DNA of 64,000 nucleotides from Blastocladiella emersonii ATCC 22665 (Eukaryota > Fungi > Blastocladiomycota), in the NCBI GenBank assembly GCA_025594325.1, contig JANHCV010000015.1, forward strand, positions 310,001 to 374,000. The letters run 5' to 3'. Below, one piece after another: positions 1-13,721 of the stretch. A model generated the notes under the pieces. It did not search any database and was not told the origin of the DNA. It saw nothing but the letters and a program-made list of their open reading frames with translations. Position numbers and translations under genes: made by a program. Within the stretch, counting starts at the first letter, position 1; the number at the start of each line of letters is the position of its first letter.

Positions 1-966
1 CGTACCGGGGCTCCTTCTCGCCGATCATCTCGGTGAAGATGCGCGGGACGGCCTCGTCCCACTCGGCCTTCCACACGTTGATGCCGCGGGGCGTCAGGCC
101 GTGCGCCTGGATCAGCTCCCACACGGAGACGCCGCGGGGCAGGGTCGCGGGGAGCGCGTGCGGGACACCGGCGGCGGCATCGGCGTCGCCGGCCGCGGTC
201 TTGGCGGGCTGCTCGAACACGAACACGGCCATGCGGTGCGCACCCGTGCCCTTGGTCGGGTGTGGCGGGAGGTAGGGGAGGACGAGCGTGCCCTTGGTCC
301 CCTCGGCCTTACCATCCGCCGAGGTCGGGAGCGCGAGCGGGGCGGTGGCGGCGGCGGCGTTGAGCGGAATGTCCTTGACCATCCAGAGGATCTCCTCGGA
401 GCGGACCTCGTAGTCGGGGCGCGCCTTGTCGGCGTCGACGAGCACCAACGTGTACTTTTTCACGTCGGCGTGGTACGGCTGCAGGTAGACGTGGACGGGG
501 TCGACGGTGGCTGTTGGCGGGACGGCGGCGCCGAGCGCGATCAGGTCGCCGGCCGCGGTCGCGACGTGCACCTCGACGTCAATGTCGTCGGCGCGCTTCG
601 GGAAGAAGTCGGCGAAGATGCCGCGCTGCTCGGCGAACTGGATCTACACTCCCGAAAAAGCGTGAGCGGACACCCCGCCAGCACCGCAGCACGGAGGCGC
701 GAACGTACGACGCGGTCGCGGCGGTGGCGCACGAAATGGTCGCGGCCGAGCTTCTGGAACTCGGACAGCGCGTAGTTGGCGTCGCCGTTGCGGAACGCGC
801 GGATCGTCTCGGGCGCGTTGGCCGGCTTGAGCGCGCCCGTCGTCTCGAGCACCTTGCGCGCCTCGGCGAAGGCGGCGGCGCGCGCCTCGCCCGACAGGGC
901 ACGGCGCGGCGCGGCCGCCATCGTGGCGGACGTCGCCAGGCGGGCGAGCGAGCGGCGGGCCAGCAT
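1..966 (-). CDS. MRPL35: Mitochondrial ribosomal protein mL38 (PEBP domain); 3' end runs off the window
   Basis: ATG at 966 gives an Arg/Ala-rich presequence (MLARRSLARLATS). After an intron near 645-710 the frame reads KYTLVLVDADKARPDY...YLPPHPTKGTGAHRMAVFVFEQ, a PEBP-type motif. A targeting peptide plus PEBP domain matches mL38. Confidence 0.75.
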
Positions 967-1295
967 CGTGATCGTGATTTGCGCCGAGTTACGTGGCGCG
1001 TTCGCTACGTGGGTGCCCGCGGTGCAAGGCTTCGGCGGATCGGCGCCGTGGAGGCAGCGAGAGAAGGGAGATTTGATCTTCAATCCTGTTTAAGTCGGGC
1101 CGCGTGACATCAGGTGGCGGCGTATCCGGATACCCGCGATGGGGCCGCCGGATAGCGCACATTGCCCGAAACGGCGGAACGACGCGCCGGCCATGCGGGC
1201 CGCGGCCGACTTGCTTTCGCCGCGCCCATCATGCAGCCCTGACGAAAGCGCCCGCATCTGCTACGTGATCGACACTCTACGCAACGAAGCAAACC

Positions 1296-2024
1296 ATGTC
1301 GCTGCCATCCGCATCGCTGCTCCGCCCGGCCGGCGCCGTGCTGCGCCGCCGGTGTGCCGCAGCGTCGCCATCCATCATCGCCGCTATGCGCGTGGCGGCC
1401 GTCCCTGTCCTCCGCACCACCACTGCTGCTGCTTCGTTCACCTCGGCCCCCGCCCGGAGCTTCTCGTGGACGCGCGTGGCGCGGAGCGACGCCCATGGCC
1501 CGAGCGAAGCGGAACTCGACGCGGCGTTCATTGGCAACACGCCAATGGACGGCGCCGAGCTGCGCGCGCTGATCGAGGCCGGGCGCACGGGCGTCGGCAA
1601 GGAGGTGCTGATCGTCGACGTGCGCAACGCGAGCGAGACGGCCGAGGGCATGATTCCGACGGCTGTGCATCTGCCACGTACGTTTCTCACGGCGTGAGAG
1701 ATGGTGCCAGGTTGCTGACTTGGGCAGACAGTCCCGGAGCTCGCCAACGCGCTCAACCAGCCCAACATGCAGTTCCAGCTGCTCAACCAGTTCCCCAAGC
1801 CGTCGCGCGAGTCCGACAACCTCGTCGTCTACTGCAAGGCCGGCGTGCGCGCCGAGAACGCGCTCAAGATTGCCCGCGAGCTCGGGTTCAAGCGGTACGC
1901 TTTGAGGCTGGGATCGTGTCGCGATCATGCGCTCACTCTCATTGACTGTAGCGTGCGCAACTACAAGGGCTCGTGGAACGACTGGACCGCCAACTTTGCC
2001 GACACCAAGGCGCCATCGTCCTGA
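1296..2024 (+). CDS. Single-domain rhodanese/sulfurtransferase, probably mitochondrial (RDL-like), 3 exons
   Basis: LIVDVRNASE, GMIPTAVHLP, active-site loop VYCKAGVRA and NYKGSWNDW. Two GT-AG introns join the segments. Presequence-like N-terminus. Confidence 0.85.
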
Positions 2025-2148
2025 ACTCGCTCGGGACTGCCGTTTTGTTCGAGAGCCATCTGTCTCGGAGCCCTTCCTTCCTCATACACCCCACCCTCCT
2101 GTTTGTGAAACCCCTCGTGCGACCTCACGCGCACGCCAGCTGCATGTT

Positions 2149-4197
2149 TTACACCTGTACATCCTCCTCATCCGGATCCGCACCACCCGCCTCCGCCGCG
2201 GCAGCCACCACGAGATCCTCGCGCCGCACGCCGAGCGCCAGCACGCCCGCGACGGCCCAGCACACGGCGCCCGCCGCGTACACGGCGCCGTCCCACTGCC
2301 CGACCGTGGCGCTGTAGATGGCCGTGAAGGCAATCGGGCCCACGATGTTGGCCAGCGAGTTGGCGGCCGACAGGATCCCGAGCAGCAGGCCGACGTGTTG
2401 CCGCGGGACCGTCTGGGTGGCGAGCGAGCGTTGCATTGGCATGGCCAGGATGCCGGCGGCGTCGAGCGGGCTCGCTACAGGTTGGTGAGGTTAGGGAGGG
2501 ATGTGGGTGAGGGTGGGAAGGGGAGCGGGGCGTACCAGCGAGGAACATCCACCCCTGCGTCGCGACCGCGAACAGGACGAACGTGACGGCGTACGCGGCG
2601 AACCCGAACACCATGACGCGGCGCTCGAGCGTGCCGTCCGAGCTCGCTGTCGCCCCCGCCGTCGTTCCGCTCGGCTTCGGTGCCTCGAGGAGCGGCTGCG
2701 TCTCACCGTCCACCTCGCCCTCGTCCACCACCGTCTGCGGCTCCGCAGCAGCCGGCGCAGCAACGAGGTGCCGCTGGCGGTACGCGATGGGCAGGAGCAC
2801 GGCGATCGCGATCACCTTCCACAGGAAGCTGAGCGACTGGAACACGCCGTCCTGCTCGGCGGTCCACCCGTACCGGCGGTACGTGTAGGGGACAAAGGCG
2901 ACCATGTGCGCCATGATCCCGGCGTTCGACAGGAACGTCGTGGCCAGGACCACCATGCGGGTCCGGTTCCATGGCCGGTACAGGTCGTGGAACGAGCCCG
3001 TCGTGATGGCGCTCGGGTGGTGGTGATGGGTTGGTGCGGATTTGCCGCCGTCAACGAGGACCTGCGCGAGCACGAGCGTGACGCCGAACAGCGCGGCGGA
3101 CGCCAGGAACACGACGACGGGGTCGCCCGGGACCAGGCGCACGACGAGCGACATGAGCGCCGGGCCGACCGTCAGGCCCGACAGCATCGCGCCCTCGGTC
3201 AGCGTAAAGAAGTAGGTGCGTTTGCTCGCCGGGATCAGCTCGGACGTGAGCGCGAAGAAGGCTGGAACGTCGTGGACCAGTTAGCGCACAGACGCGGGGT
3301 GCAGATCATCGAGACCCACGCGTACCCATGAGGAAACTCGGGAACCCGCCAGACCAGCCGACGGCGAAATAGCCGATGACGAGGTAGGTGCTCGGCAGGT
3401 TGAATCGGGCGATCAGGACGAGGCACAGGATGCTGATGATCTCGCCGACGATGGGCAGCATGAGGAACGGTTTGCGGCCTTGAATTCGGGTGAGTCGCGG
3501 GGGCAACGCGGCGCGTAAGCAAGAAACGTACCGATGCGCGGGTTGTCGGACAGCCGGCCGTACAGCGACGTGACGAGGATGGTCGGGATCGTCGAGCACA
3601 GCGAGAGCGCGGTGCTGACCTGCGTGATCTGGCCCTGCACTACGGGGACTCACAAAGTCAGTCAACCGCGTTCAACCCTCGCACTTACTCCTTGAGCGTA
3701 CCGTCGGGCTGCTTGCAATACGCCATCGGCGGCTCCGCGCCATCGCCCGCGACCTTGCCCGCGGGCGTCGCGGCGTAGTGCTCGCGGCAGATGAGGCGGA
3801 GGACAAATTGCGACTGCGGGGCCATAAGCATCGCAAACGCCGCGGCAAGGAAGAAGGGGACGGCCAGGTTCCAGTACACGCGCGACAGCCGCGCGCGTTC
3901 GCCGTCGTTGGGTGCGGCGGCGGTGGGATCACGGTCCATCACAGCAGCGTCGCGGGAGGGGGAACGGGGTATCGCCGACGACGATGCGGGTGGGAGCGGT
4001 GGGATGGGGAGGGTATCGTCGCCCTCTTCATCGTCGTCGTGCAACAAGCCGTGGTGCGAGCCCGCGCCGAGCGAGGCGGCGAGGCTGTACGGCGATGGCG
4101 GCGTGCGTGTTGTTGTTGGGACGGCAGCGGCTGTTGCATCGCTCGCGGCGGGCAGCGACGGCGGTTGTAGGTCGGATGCATTCATTGTCGGTTCCAT
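2149..4197 (-). CDS. MFS transporter (SLC46/tetracycline-resistance-like), multi-exon
   Basis: Many hydrophobic helices across exons; motif YGRLSD..GRKPFLMLP; C-terminal SLATQTVPRQHVGLLLGILS. Confidence 0.85.
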
Positions 4198-5453
4198 AAT
4201 AATTTTCTCGCGGTGTGGTTAGTCATCAAGGGAGAGCGAGAGCGAGGCGATGTGGCGGAGCGCGGGGACGCGGAGCGACAGGCGGATCGGCCGCGGCGCG
4301 CATCCGGGATCAGGAGACACGAGGCACGGCGCACGTGACGTGATCGGGAGACGCGACGCGACCCGCCCGCCGCCCGCGAGACGCCGCCGCGTCGCGCGTC
4401 GCGACACGATCGCCGCGCGTCCCAGGGATGCGAGACGCGTCTATTGCCGCGGGACGCTCGCGGACATGCGTGGGCACGCGTGGGTCGGTGAATTGGTGGG
4501 GGCGGGGCGCGATATCAGCGTGGATCACGCCGCGCGCGGCGCGACGCGAGGGCGAGGGTGAGACAGTGTGGCGCAGCGCCGTGTTCGACGTGCTCGAGCG
4601 TGAAGGCCGTCGGCGAGGGGACGCGGACGGGCTGCGTAGCGGCGTCCATGACGTTGCTAGGACGCGACGAGCCCGTCCGCCTTCATTCGGCCCGCGTTGC
4701 GCGCGAGAAACAAGCTCGACCATCGCGTCGGCGACGAGGAAGGGTCCGAGAAGGTCACAGAGGCTCGGCGTCGCGTCGACAACGACCAAGGCGGGCGCGG
4801 ACGTTCGTCGCCGAACGCTCGTTTGGCGCGGGCTCGGGGCGTCACCGCGAAAGCTAGCGTGAGAAGCTCCAGACTATGCGAGACCGACGACTCCGACGGA
4901 GCGGGACGCCTAGACGCATCGGCGGGCCCGTCGGCGGCGAGCGGGTGCGATACAACGAGGGTGAAGCGGGACACGCGAAACATGAAAGCAAAATCTCCCA
5001 CTTTCGTCACGGCGCCGACGTGGCCGCAGACGTGGCGAAGCGAGCAGAGGGAGGAGGGCAGCAGCAGCAAGCAAGCGATGGCGAGGCGAGGCGCGCCGAG
5101 TGCGCTTGTCCGTCCGCGCCCCGCCCTCCTGCGCGTTGTGCATTCGCCGCGGACACCCCTCGCCGCCGCCTGCCACTCGTGGAAATACGCGGCATCGGGC
5201 GCGCATCACGGATTGGCCGCGGTACGATTTTTTCGTCGCGTAGTTGGTGGTCCGCGGGCGGCGAGCACGCAGTGCCATGGCGCCGGCGCCGCTCGCTCGC
5301 GCCCGCCGTGTGTGCTGCTCTCTCTCTCCCACGCTCGCTGCTCACCCGCCCCGCGCTCACCCCCTCCAGTCCACACCGGCATCACGCGAACCCGCATCAG
5401 ATCGCATCACGCGTCGTTCAACCTGCCCTGCTCCACCCGCGCCCGCCTCGAAA

Positions 5454-8400
5454 ATGGGCAAAGCACCGCTGAGCACCACCGCCCGCCGCCCGCGCGCGAC
5501 CCCGGCGCCTAACGCATCGGTCGCCGCGGCAAACTCGTCCACGTCATCTGCGCTGACGCACAAGCCGTCTGCCCGCGCGGCGGTCGTCGTCCCGCCGCCC
5601 TTCGGGACCATCGGCCAGCCGATGCCCGCGCACGCGATCCTCGTCGTCCCGCCGCCGTTCGGGTCGCCCTCGCCGACTAGTACGGCCAAGGGCTCCTCGG
5701 CTGCGCCATCGGCAAAGCAAGCGTCTGCTGCTGTTCCAGCACCTTCCGCTGCTGCTGCTGCAGCTGCCCCGGCTGCAGCAGTTCCTGTTCGACAACGACC
5801 TCCACCGCCAACTTTGGTCGCATCGGGTACGCTCGCTCTCTCTCTCCTCCCCACACACATACGCTGCACCCTCGCCAGCTCGCGCTCCCTGCATCGCGGC
5901 CGGTCCCGGTCACGCTCGCGGGTTTTCCTGATCGTGTGCGCTTCCGCCCCGCCCGCCTGCCTGCCGCGACTTTTGCGCCCGACTCGTGATACTGATCAAT
6001 CATCATCATCACGAACTCTGCCACTCCCCCTTCCCTTCCCTTCACCTCTACCTACCTCTAGGCCCCTTCCCCAGCTCGGTCGTCGACGCTACACCGGCTC
6101 CGCCAGCGCCGCCTCCGCCTCCGCCGCCGCCCGTCGACCGCAACTCGGCGTCCGAGGTCATCGCCCGGTTCATATCGGCGATGCGCCCGCCGCCGCCCGC
6201 ACCTTCGCCGCCGCCGCCGCCGGAACCCGCCGTCGTCCTGCCCGCCTTCCTCCGCACCAGCAGCGCCGATTCCGGCACACCCGCACCGCCGCCGCCGCCA
6301 CCGGCACCGCTCTTCACCCCCGTCATCCTCGCCGTCCCGCCGCCCGTCCGCCCCGCTGTCTCTCGCCGCAGCGCGCGCTCGACCACCTCGTCGTCGTCCA
6401 TGGCGGCGTTTGGCGGGAACAGCGACGCAGGTGCCGATCGTGCGAACGGGAGGAGTAACGGGCACGCGAAGCCGGCGCAGCCGCCCGCTCGCCGACCGTC
6501 GCTGCCACCGCCAGCTCGCGGGTCCAACTTCGCCGCGACGTCGTCGCTCGCCTCGCCCCCGCGGCCTGCACCGCCGCCGGTGTCGACGGCGCGCCGCGCA
6601 TCCTCGGCCGGGCTCCCGCCCACCAATTCGGCGTCCGCCGCGCTCAAGCTCATGGCGTCCTCTTCCTCATCTTCATCCTCCTCGTTAACGTCGGCGCGCA
6701 CCGCCACATCGTCGCTCTCCGCTGCACCGCGGCCGTCCTCCTCTTCGGCCTCGTCGCTCGCCGCTGCACCGCGGCCCTCGGCGTCGGCTACCGCAGCAGC
6801 GCCCGAACCGACCACCAAGTCAGCCCGCGCCCGCGCCGCGCCCGCCGTCCCCAAGGCCCGCCGCAAGCCGAAGCAGAACGCGGGCGCGCAGACGAACAAC
6901 TGGTCGCAGGAGCTGCTCGACGTGTTCGAGTCGTCGCCCATCCCGCCCGCCTCGACTGGCGCTCGTCGTGCGCAAGGCCCGCCGCCGCCGCGGCCGAGTG
7001 TTGCGCGGGCAAAGCCGATCGCGCCGCCGACGATGCCGAAGCCGAAACCCGCGCTGCAGCAGAACAAGGAGGAGGAGATCGCGGCACTGACGCCACCGCC
7101 ACAGCAGGAACCGCCCGCAGACGACGACGACGACGAGTTCATGCAGCTCTCGTCCGCGTCCGACGACGGCGACGGCGAGGCGGCTGTGGGCGTCGATGTG
7201 CCGGCGATCGGGTCATTGTCGCTCGCTGATCCGGAACCCGAGTCGGTCGCGCCCGCGATCGCCGACGGTGACGCACCACCTGCCGTCGACGTCGTGCCGC
7301 CAGCCGCCGCCGACACCGCGCAGCGCGCCGACGTGGGCGAGCGGCCGCCCGAGGCGCCGGCAGTGGTCGCTGCGATCCCTGGAACGGCGATGCCCATCCC
7401 TGCCGATGCAGTCAAGCCCGAACCGGCTCTCGTGCTCGAGTCGGCGCGCGAGCCGTCTCCGGAACCCGCTGTCGCCGCCGACAAGTCCCCGCGCGCGCCA
7501 TCTCCCGCTCCCTTGAGCGGCTGCGCGGTTCCGGAGCCCGTCGCTGAGGCCGAGGAGCCTGCCCACGCACCGTCCCCCGCTGCTGCTCCCGCCGCCGCCG
7601 ACCCGCCTCGACCCGCTTCGCCTGCGCCCGCCGACCCGCCTCGCGAGCCCGCTCCATCACCACCACCTGCACCCGCACCCGTGCACGCGAAACCGCCCGT
7701 CGAGCCCCGCCTCACGCGCCGGCGCTCGCGCCAGGCCGAGCTCGAGCAGCATCTCGCGCAGCTCGACCTGCAGCATCCGCCAAACCCGGCCGACGATGGG
7801 GATACGCCCGCCCGGACTTCGCGCAAGCGCAAGGCCCGCGCCGACTCAGTCCCGCCTGCGCCTTCTCCCGCGCTCGCACCCGAACCGGCATCCGCGCCAG
7901 AGCTCGGGCACGAGATCGAGCAGCCGCCCGCTAAGCGGAAGCGCGGGCGCCCGCGCAAGCACCCGCGTGTCGAGGACGGGGTGTCTGTGTCTTCGCCGGT
8001 GGCGGGGCAGGAACCGTCGTCCGAGCCCGCGCTGCCGAGCGAGGCCGACCCGGCGTCCGATCCCATGTCCGTCGACGCCGCGCCCGCGCCCGCCCTCAAC
8101 GTCGTGCGCCGATCGGGCCGCGTCACCCGGTGCCCGTCGCGCCTCGAGGACGCAGTCCTGCCCGCGCGCGGCAGGGAGGCCGCGTTCATCAAGCGCTCGC
8201 TGCGCGCCGGGTCGACGAGTCCCGCCGTCTCGGCGCCGGGGTCCCTCACCGTCGCTGCCGCGGTGGCGGCCGCTAATAGCAGCGGCAAGCGCGCGAGCAC
8301 GCGTTCCGCCACCGTGGCGGCCCGATCGGCGGCGCCTGCGCCACCCCCGCGCGCGTCCCCCGTCGTCGGCTTCGCCCCGCCCGCGGCGGCGAGCAGCAGC

Positions 8401-11400
8401 AGCGAGCTCACGTCCGTCGCCTCGTCGCCGCAGATCCCCGCGCCTATCGCATCCAGCGTGCTCACGTCCGCCGCACCGTCGCCCGTCATCGAGTCGCGCC
8501 CGACCGCGGATGTCGTGGACCCCGCGCACCCGCCCGTCGCGGGGTCGGTGATCCGCGCCGCGCAGTCGTCCCCGCTCGTCGCTCCGCCCTCTCCCGCGGC
8601 GGCGGTTGTTCACTCGCCGCAACGGCCGGCTGAGGATGTGATTGCGGTGCCCGTTTCGCCCGTCGTCGAGGTTCCGGCGGTAGCCCTCGCTCCCGTTCCT
8701 GCGCCCGTTCCCGAGGCCACGCTGGCGCCGGTGCGCGCCCCGCTGCCGCTCGCTGAGGTCCCGGTGCCCGCTACACCCGTCGCCGCCGCCGCACCCGAAC
8801 CCGAGGAGGTCGCACCCGCGCCTCAGCCAGCCCCCGAGACCGCGACCTCGACCTCGGCGACCGTGCCCATCTTCGTCCCGCTGCCCGAGATCCCGCCACC
8901 GCCACCCTTGGCTTCACACCCCGCGACGACGACGGCGCTCCCCTCCACCGCAGCCACCTCGTCGCCCGCTGTCCCGGGGGTCCGCAAGACGGGGCCGCGG
9001 ATCACGTTCCGCGGGCTCGACCTCGCGCCTCCGCCGAAACCCGCACCGGCGGCGGTTCAAGCGCCGGCCCTCCCGCCGCCGCCCGCTCTCCCCGCCGTCC
9101 GCGTCTCGCCCGAGCGCCCGCTCGATGCCCCGCAGCCTGCGCCCGTCGCCGACCGCTTCACCTTGCGCACGTCGTCGTCGCCGATTCCGTTCGAGCTCCT
9201 CGCGCGCCCCGCGGCCCCCGAGACCGCTGCACCGCCGCTTATCTCGCCGACGCGGCTTACGGTCGTCCTCGCTCCGCAGCCCGGCCCGCCGCCGCCGCCC
9301 ACGCACCAGCCGGCGCTCGCGGTGTCCGAGCCGGTCGCGTCCGCGCTCCCTGTCGCTGCGCCGCCATCGCGGCCGGTCCGTGCACAGCTGCCGCTCGGCT
9401 CGGCCCCGGTTCCTGCGCCCGCCGCCGCACCCGCCGCGCCCGCGCCTGCCGCCGAGCCAGAACCCGCGGCCGCGTCGTCGCGCGCCGCGCTCGTCGCTGC
9501 GGCCAAGTTCCGCAAACCGCCCGGCGCACGCGTCCGCGCGTTCCCTGGCGCCGCCGCCGCCGCGAAACCCATCCCTGCGGAACCGCGCCCGCTCGCAACG
9601 GCGCCGCTCGCCGCGATCTCGTCGCCTCCGCGCGCCCGCGCGCCCGGTCCCGGGCCGGCCGCGGACGACCCCGAGGCCGTCAAGACGGTGATTGTGGTGG
9701 CGTCCGCGACGCACGCCGACCAGCTGGCGGCGGTCGACGACCTGATCGCCGCGGCCACGCTGTTCAAGCTCGCTACCGCGCCGCCGCCGCCGTCCGCGTC
9801 TGCCGCGGCGCCAGTCGGGTTTTATACCGGGTGGGAGGTCCCGCTGCCGAACCGCGTGCTTGACGGGGCGCCGATTGTCGATTGGTTTGCGGGGGATGGT
9901 GAAGAGGAGGAGATGGATGAGGACGAGGATGGGGTCAAGAGTCCGCTGCTCCCGTCGCTCGCGGGCGAGGTGGAGGTCGGCGAGGAGGAAGAGGAGGACG
10001 AGGACGAGGGACCCATCGACGAGCCGACGCCGTCCCCGGTCCTCGCGCCCGCGCCCGCGTCGCGCCGCCGCCGCCGGCTCCCGCACAATGACTCGGCGCT
10101 CGAGCTCATGGACATCGACATGGACTTGGGCCGCGCCGCCTCGTCGCCCGAGCCCGAGATCGCTGCGCCGCCGCCGGCCCGCAAGCCCAAGGGCATCCGC
10201 CGCGCGACCCCGCGCGCACCCGCACCCGCCCCTCCCCCTCCTCCGCCTGCGCCGACCGCGACACGCACGAAATCCTCGCGCAAGCGCGCGCGCTCGCCGA
10301 CGCCGCCACCGAGCGACCCTGAGCCCGAGCCGACACCGGACCCCGAACCCGCGCGCCGCACGAAGAAGGCCCGCACCACGAAATCCGCCCCCGCACCGCC
10401 CTCTCCCCCGCCCCCGCCGCCCCCGGCCCCAGCCCCCGTCGTCCGCCGCACGCGCCGCTCCGTCGACGCCGCCGCGGTCCCGGCGGTCGCCGAGGCCGCC
10501 GCGAAAGCCACCGCGCGCGCGGCCGCGAAGCCGAAGTCGAAGGCGGCCAAGGCCGCTGCCCGTGCTGCTGCTAAGGCCGCTGCGGCGGAGGCGGCGGCTG
10601 CGGCGGCTGAAGCTGAGGCTGCGGAAGCGGCTGCGGAAGCGAAAGCTGCCACCAAGGCCGAGGCCCGCGCGCGTAAGGCGTCGTCGCGTAAGCGTCGCGC
10701 GGCGGTCGAGGAGGAGCAGGTGGTCGAGGAGGAGGAGGCGGTCGAGGAGCCCGCAGCGACCGGTAAGGCCGCGCGCAAGTCGGCGCGAAAGGCGAAACTC
10801 GCCGCGCCCGCGCCAAAGTCGGTCGCTGTTGCCCGCAAGTCGAAGAAGGCGGCGGCTGCGGCTGCTGCTGCTGCCGAGGCTGCGGCGAAGGCGGCTCCGC
10901 CGCCGCGTGCGCGAGGTGGGCGCAGCGGGCGGGTGGCTAAGCGCCGCGCGAGCCCGACGCCGGAGCCCGAGGAGGCCGACGAGGAGGAGGAAGCAGACGA
11001 GGCCGAAGAGGAGGCCGAGGAGGAAGCCGAGGAGGAGGTCGAGCAGGAGGAACAGACGCCGGTGCCCGAGGACCCCGAGGACGAGCAGGACGGCGAGCAG
11101 ACGCCCGTCCCCGCCACCGACGACGAAGCCGAGGCCGACGAGCGCACGCCGGTTCCCATGGACTTCGAGGACCAGTTCGAGGTCCCTGCCGTCGAGATGC
11201 CCGACGAGAACCTCATCAACGAGGATACGCGCAGCGCAACCCGCGAGCCGAGCTCGGCCCCGAGCGCGCCCGAGGACTCGGACGACGAGGACTTTGCGCC
11301 CGACGGCGTGTCGTCGTCCACCCGCACCAAGTCGTCGTCCCGCTCCGCGGCGCGCGCGCTGTCGACCGCCGACACGCCCAGTGCGGCGAAACCCGTAGCG

Positions 11401-13436
11401 CGGCGCCGCACGAGCAAGAAGGCGAAGGCCGCTGCCGCCGCTGCCGCTGCCGCTGCCGCGGCGACCGCGTCATCCTCGCTCGGGTCCGCGGCGTCGGCGC
11501 TCAAGATGGTCGCTGCCGCCGTCGAGGCCGAGCTGGCGCCCACGCCGTTCGACGCGTACAACGACATGCCGCTTGACGACGAGCCCGGGTCTGGGCTCAA
11601 CGGCGACGAGGAGCCGGGTACCGCGGCGGGCTCGTCGCGCCAGCGCGTGTCGTTCGACGACGAGACGCCGAGCGGTCGCAGCAGCCGACTCGCCGGGCTC
11701 GCCTCGCCCGAGGCAGGGTCCGCCGCGGCGCGGCTCGCGTCGTTCGTGTCGACGGCCGCGTCCAAGCCGGCGGCGCTGCCGCCCATCACGTACGCCGCCC
11801 GCCCGAGCTCCAGCGCAAGCTCCAGTGCGAGCGCGGCCCTGCTCGCGGCGCCCGCGCCCGCGGTCCGCTCGCTGACGCCGCCCACGCCGCAGCCCTCTCC
11901 GCCCCCATCGCCGCCTCAGCAGCAGCAGGACGAGGACCCGCAGCAGGAGCAGCCGCAGGACCAGGACCAGTCGCAGCAGGACCAGCCCAACTTCCCGCAG
12001 CCCGTGATCCCGCGCAAGGACCGCGCGTGCTTCAACTGCAACTCGAAGGAGTCAACGACGTGGCGGCGCAGCCAGCTGTTCCCGGGCCCGCACTTCCTGT
12101 GCAACCCGTGCGGGCTGTACGAGCGGATGCACGGGGCCAGCCGGTCCATCGACCCGGCGGGGCAGGCCGAGGTGCGCGTGACGCGGCGCGAGCGCAAGAC
12201 GCTCAAATACACGTGCGGCAACTGCGGGACCACCGACACGCCGGCGTGGCGACGCGGACCGTCGGGCGAGCCGCTGTGCAACGTACGTTTTCGGTCGATC
12301 GATGCTTGAGCCGCGAAGCGGGGATTGACCTTTGTCGGAATCGATTGTAGGCGTGTGGGCTGTTCCACCGGCACCACTCGGCGGCGCGGCCGCACGACAA
12401 GAAGACCGACAACGCGCTGCCGCTGTCGATGCTGCAGCGACTGCCGTCGGGCCAGGTGGTCAGCGTCCCGCTCCCCGCCGACCCGCAGGAGGCCAGAGAC
12501 TTTCTCGCGACGCAGCAGCAGCAGTTCCAGTCGACGCACCACCACCACCACCCGTTCCACTACCTGCCGCCGCACCTCGCGTACGCGCACGGCATGCACA
12601 CGCACGCGCACGCCCACGCCCACGCGAACGCCCACGCGAGCGCGTACGCGCAGGGGCACCGCCACCATCACCACCACTATCCGAACGTGTACCCGCTGCC
12701 GCCGCACGTGCACCCGCACCTGCCGTATTCGCACGCGCAGCGCGCGTACCCGCAGTCGTACCAGCAGCAGCAGCAGCAGCACGACATGGCGGCCGCGGCG
12801 GCGGCAGCAGCAGCGGCCGCGTCGGCCGCGTCGTATCCCGGCATCGCGCAGCAGCACCACCAGCAGCAGCAGCAGCATCCGTTCCTCCCGGCCCCGCCCG
12901 TCGCCGCGGCGGCGTACCACCCCCACCACCGGTACCCGCACCCGCAGCAGCAGCAGCCGGCGTACGCGCCGTACCCGCCGCCGGTCGTCGCGAGCCATCA
13001 CTCGGCCACGGACCTGCACGCGGGCCAGCACGCGCACCAGCACCAGCACCATCAGCAGCAGCCGAGTGCCGCGTCGCATCAGCGCCGTCGCCGTGGGAGC
13101 TCGGCCCGTCCGGCATCGGCCGCGCCAGCGCTCGGCGGCGGCGGCGGCGGCAGCGGAGCGACCTCGTCGTCTTCCGCGCTGCTCCCGCCGCTCTCGAGCC
13201 ACCCGCCACCGCTCCCGACGCTCGCGCAGTTCCAGCAGCAGCGCGACCAGTACCACCAGCAGCAGAACCAGCAGCAGCGGCAGGGCTCGCGCGAGGCGTC
13301 TGCGCCGCGGCCGCGGCGCGCGTCGGTCTCTGAGATCGCGGCGACGGCCGCGGCCGAGTCGATGCAACAGCAGCAGCCCAGCAACCAGTCGAACGGCGGC
13401 GATGGCGCAAACGATGAGATGGATTGGCTAGCGTGA
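5454..13436 (+). CDS. Very large (~2,500 aa) low-complexity transcription factor with an AT-hook and two GATA zinc fingers; 5' exon structure uncertain
   Basis: The 2107-aa frame has KRKRGRPRKHP, CFNC-x20-CNPC and CGNC-x17-CN|AC. Intron 12283-12350 restores the second finger and joins in frame to the Gln/His-rich exon ending at 13436. Likely start MGKAPLS at 5454, with introns near 5830-5880 and before 6061. Confidence 0.8.
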
Positions 13437-13721
13437 TTGTGATTGATTGATTTGAATGAATGAATGTGGGAGTGTGCCTATACATCTTCACCTGTGCGAG
13501 CTGCGACCAGGGCTGCGAGACAGAGCGGAGACGCGCCTCGAAATCATGTGAGTGTGGCACCCCCGCACTGCCTCCCGGGATCGCCCGATCAGGCCGGCAC
13601 CGGTCAGTCGCCATCTCCCTCCTCCCAGTCATCTCCCCTGCCGGCCGCCCGGCTGGCGTCTGCCCTCTCTCCCGCTCCCTCTCCCATACACGCCACGATC
13701 ACCACGGAGCTATACTCTGCC

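Noticed and set aside
6048-11885. Very long antisense and alternate-frame ORFs (e.g. 6048-8489, 9822-11885, 32104-33684, 45179-46783)
   Set aside because: They are shadows of real genes on the other strand or frame. Stop codons are scarce in GC-rich, codon-biased DNA, and the translations carry no domain motifs.
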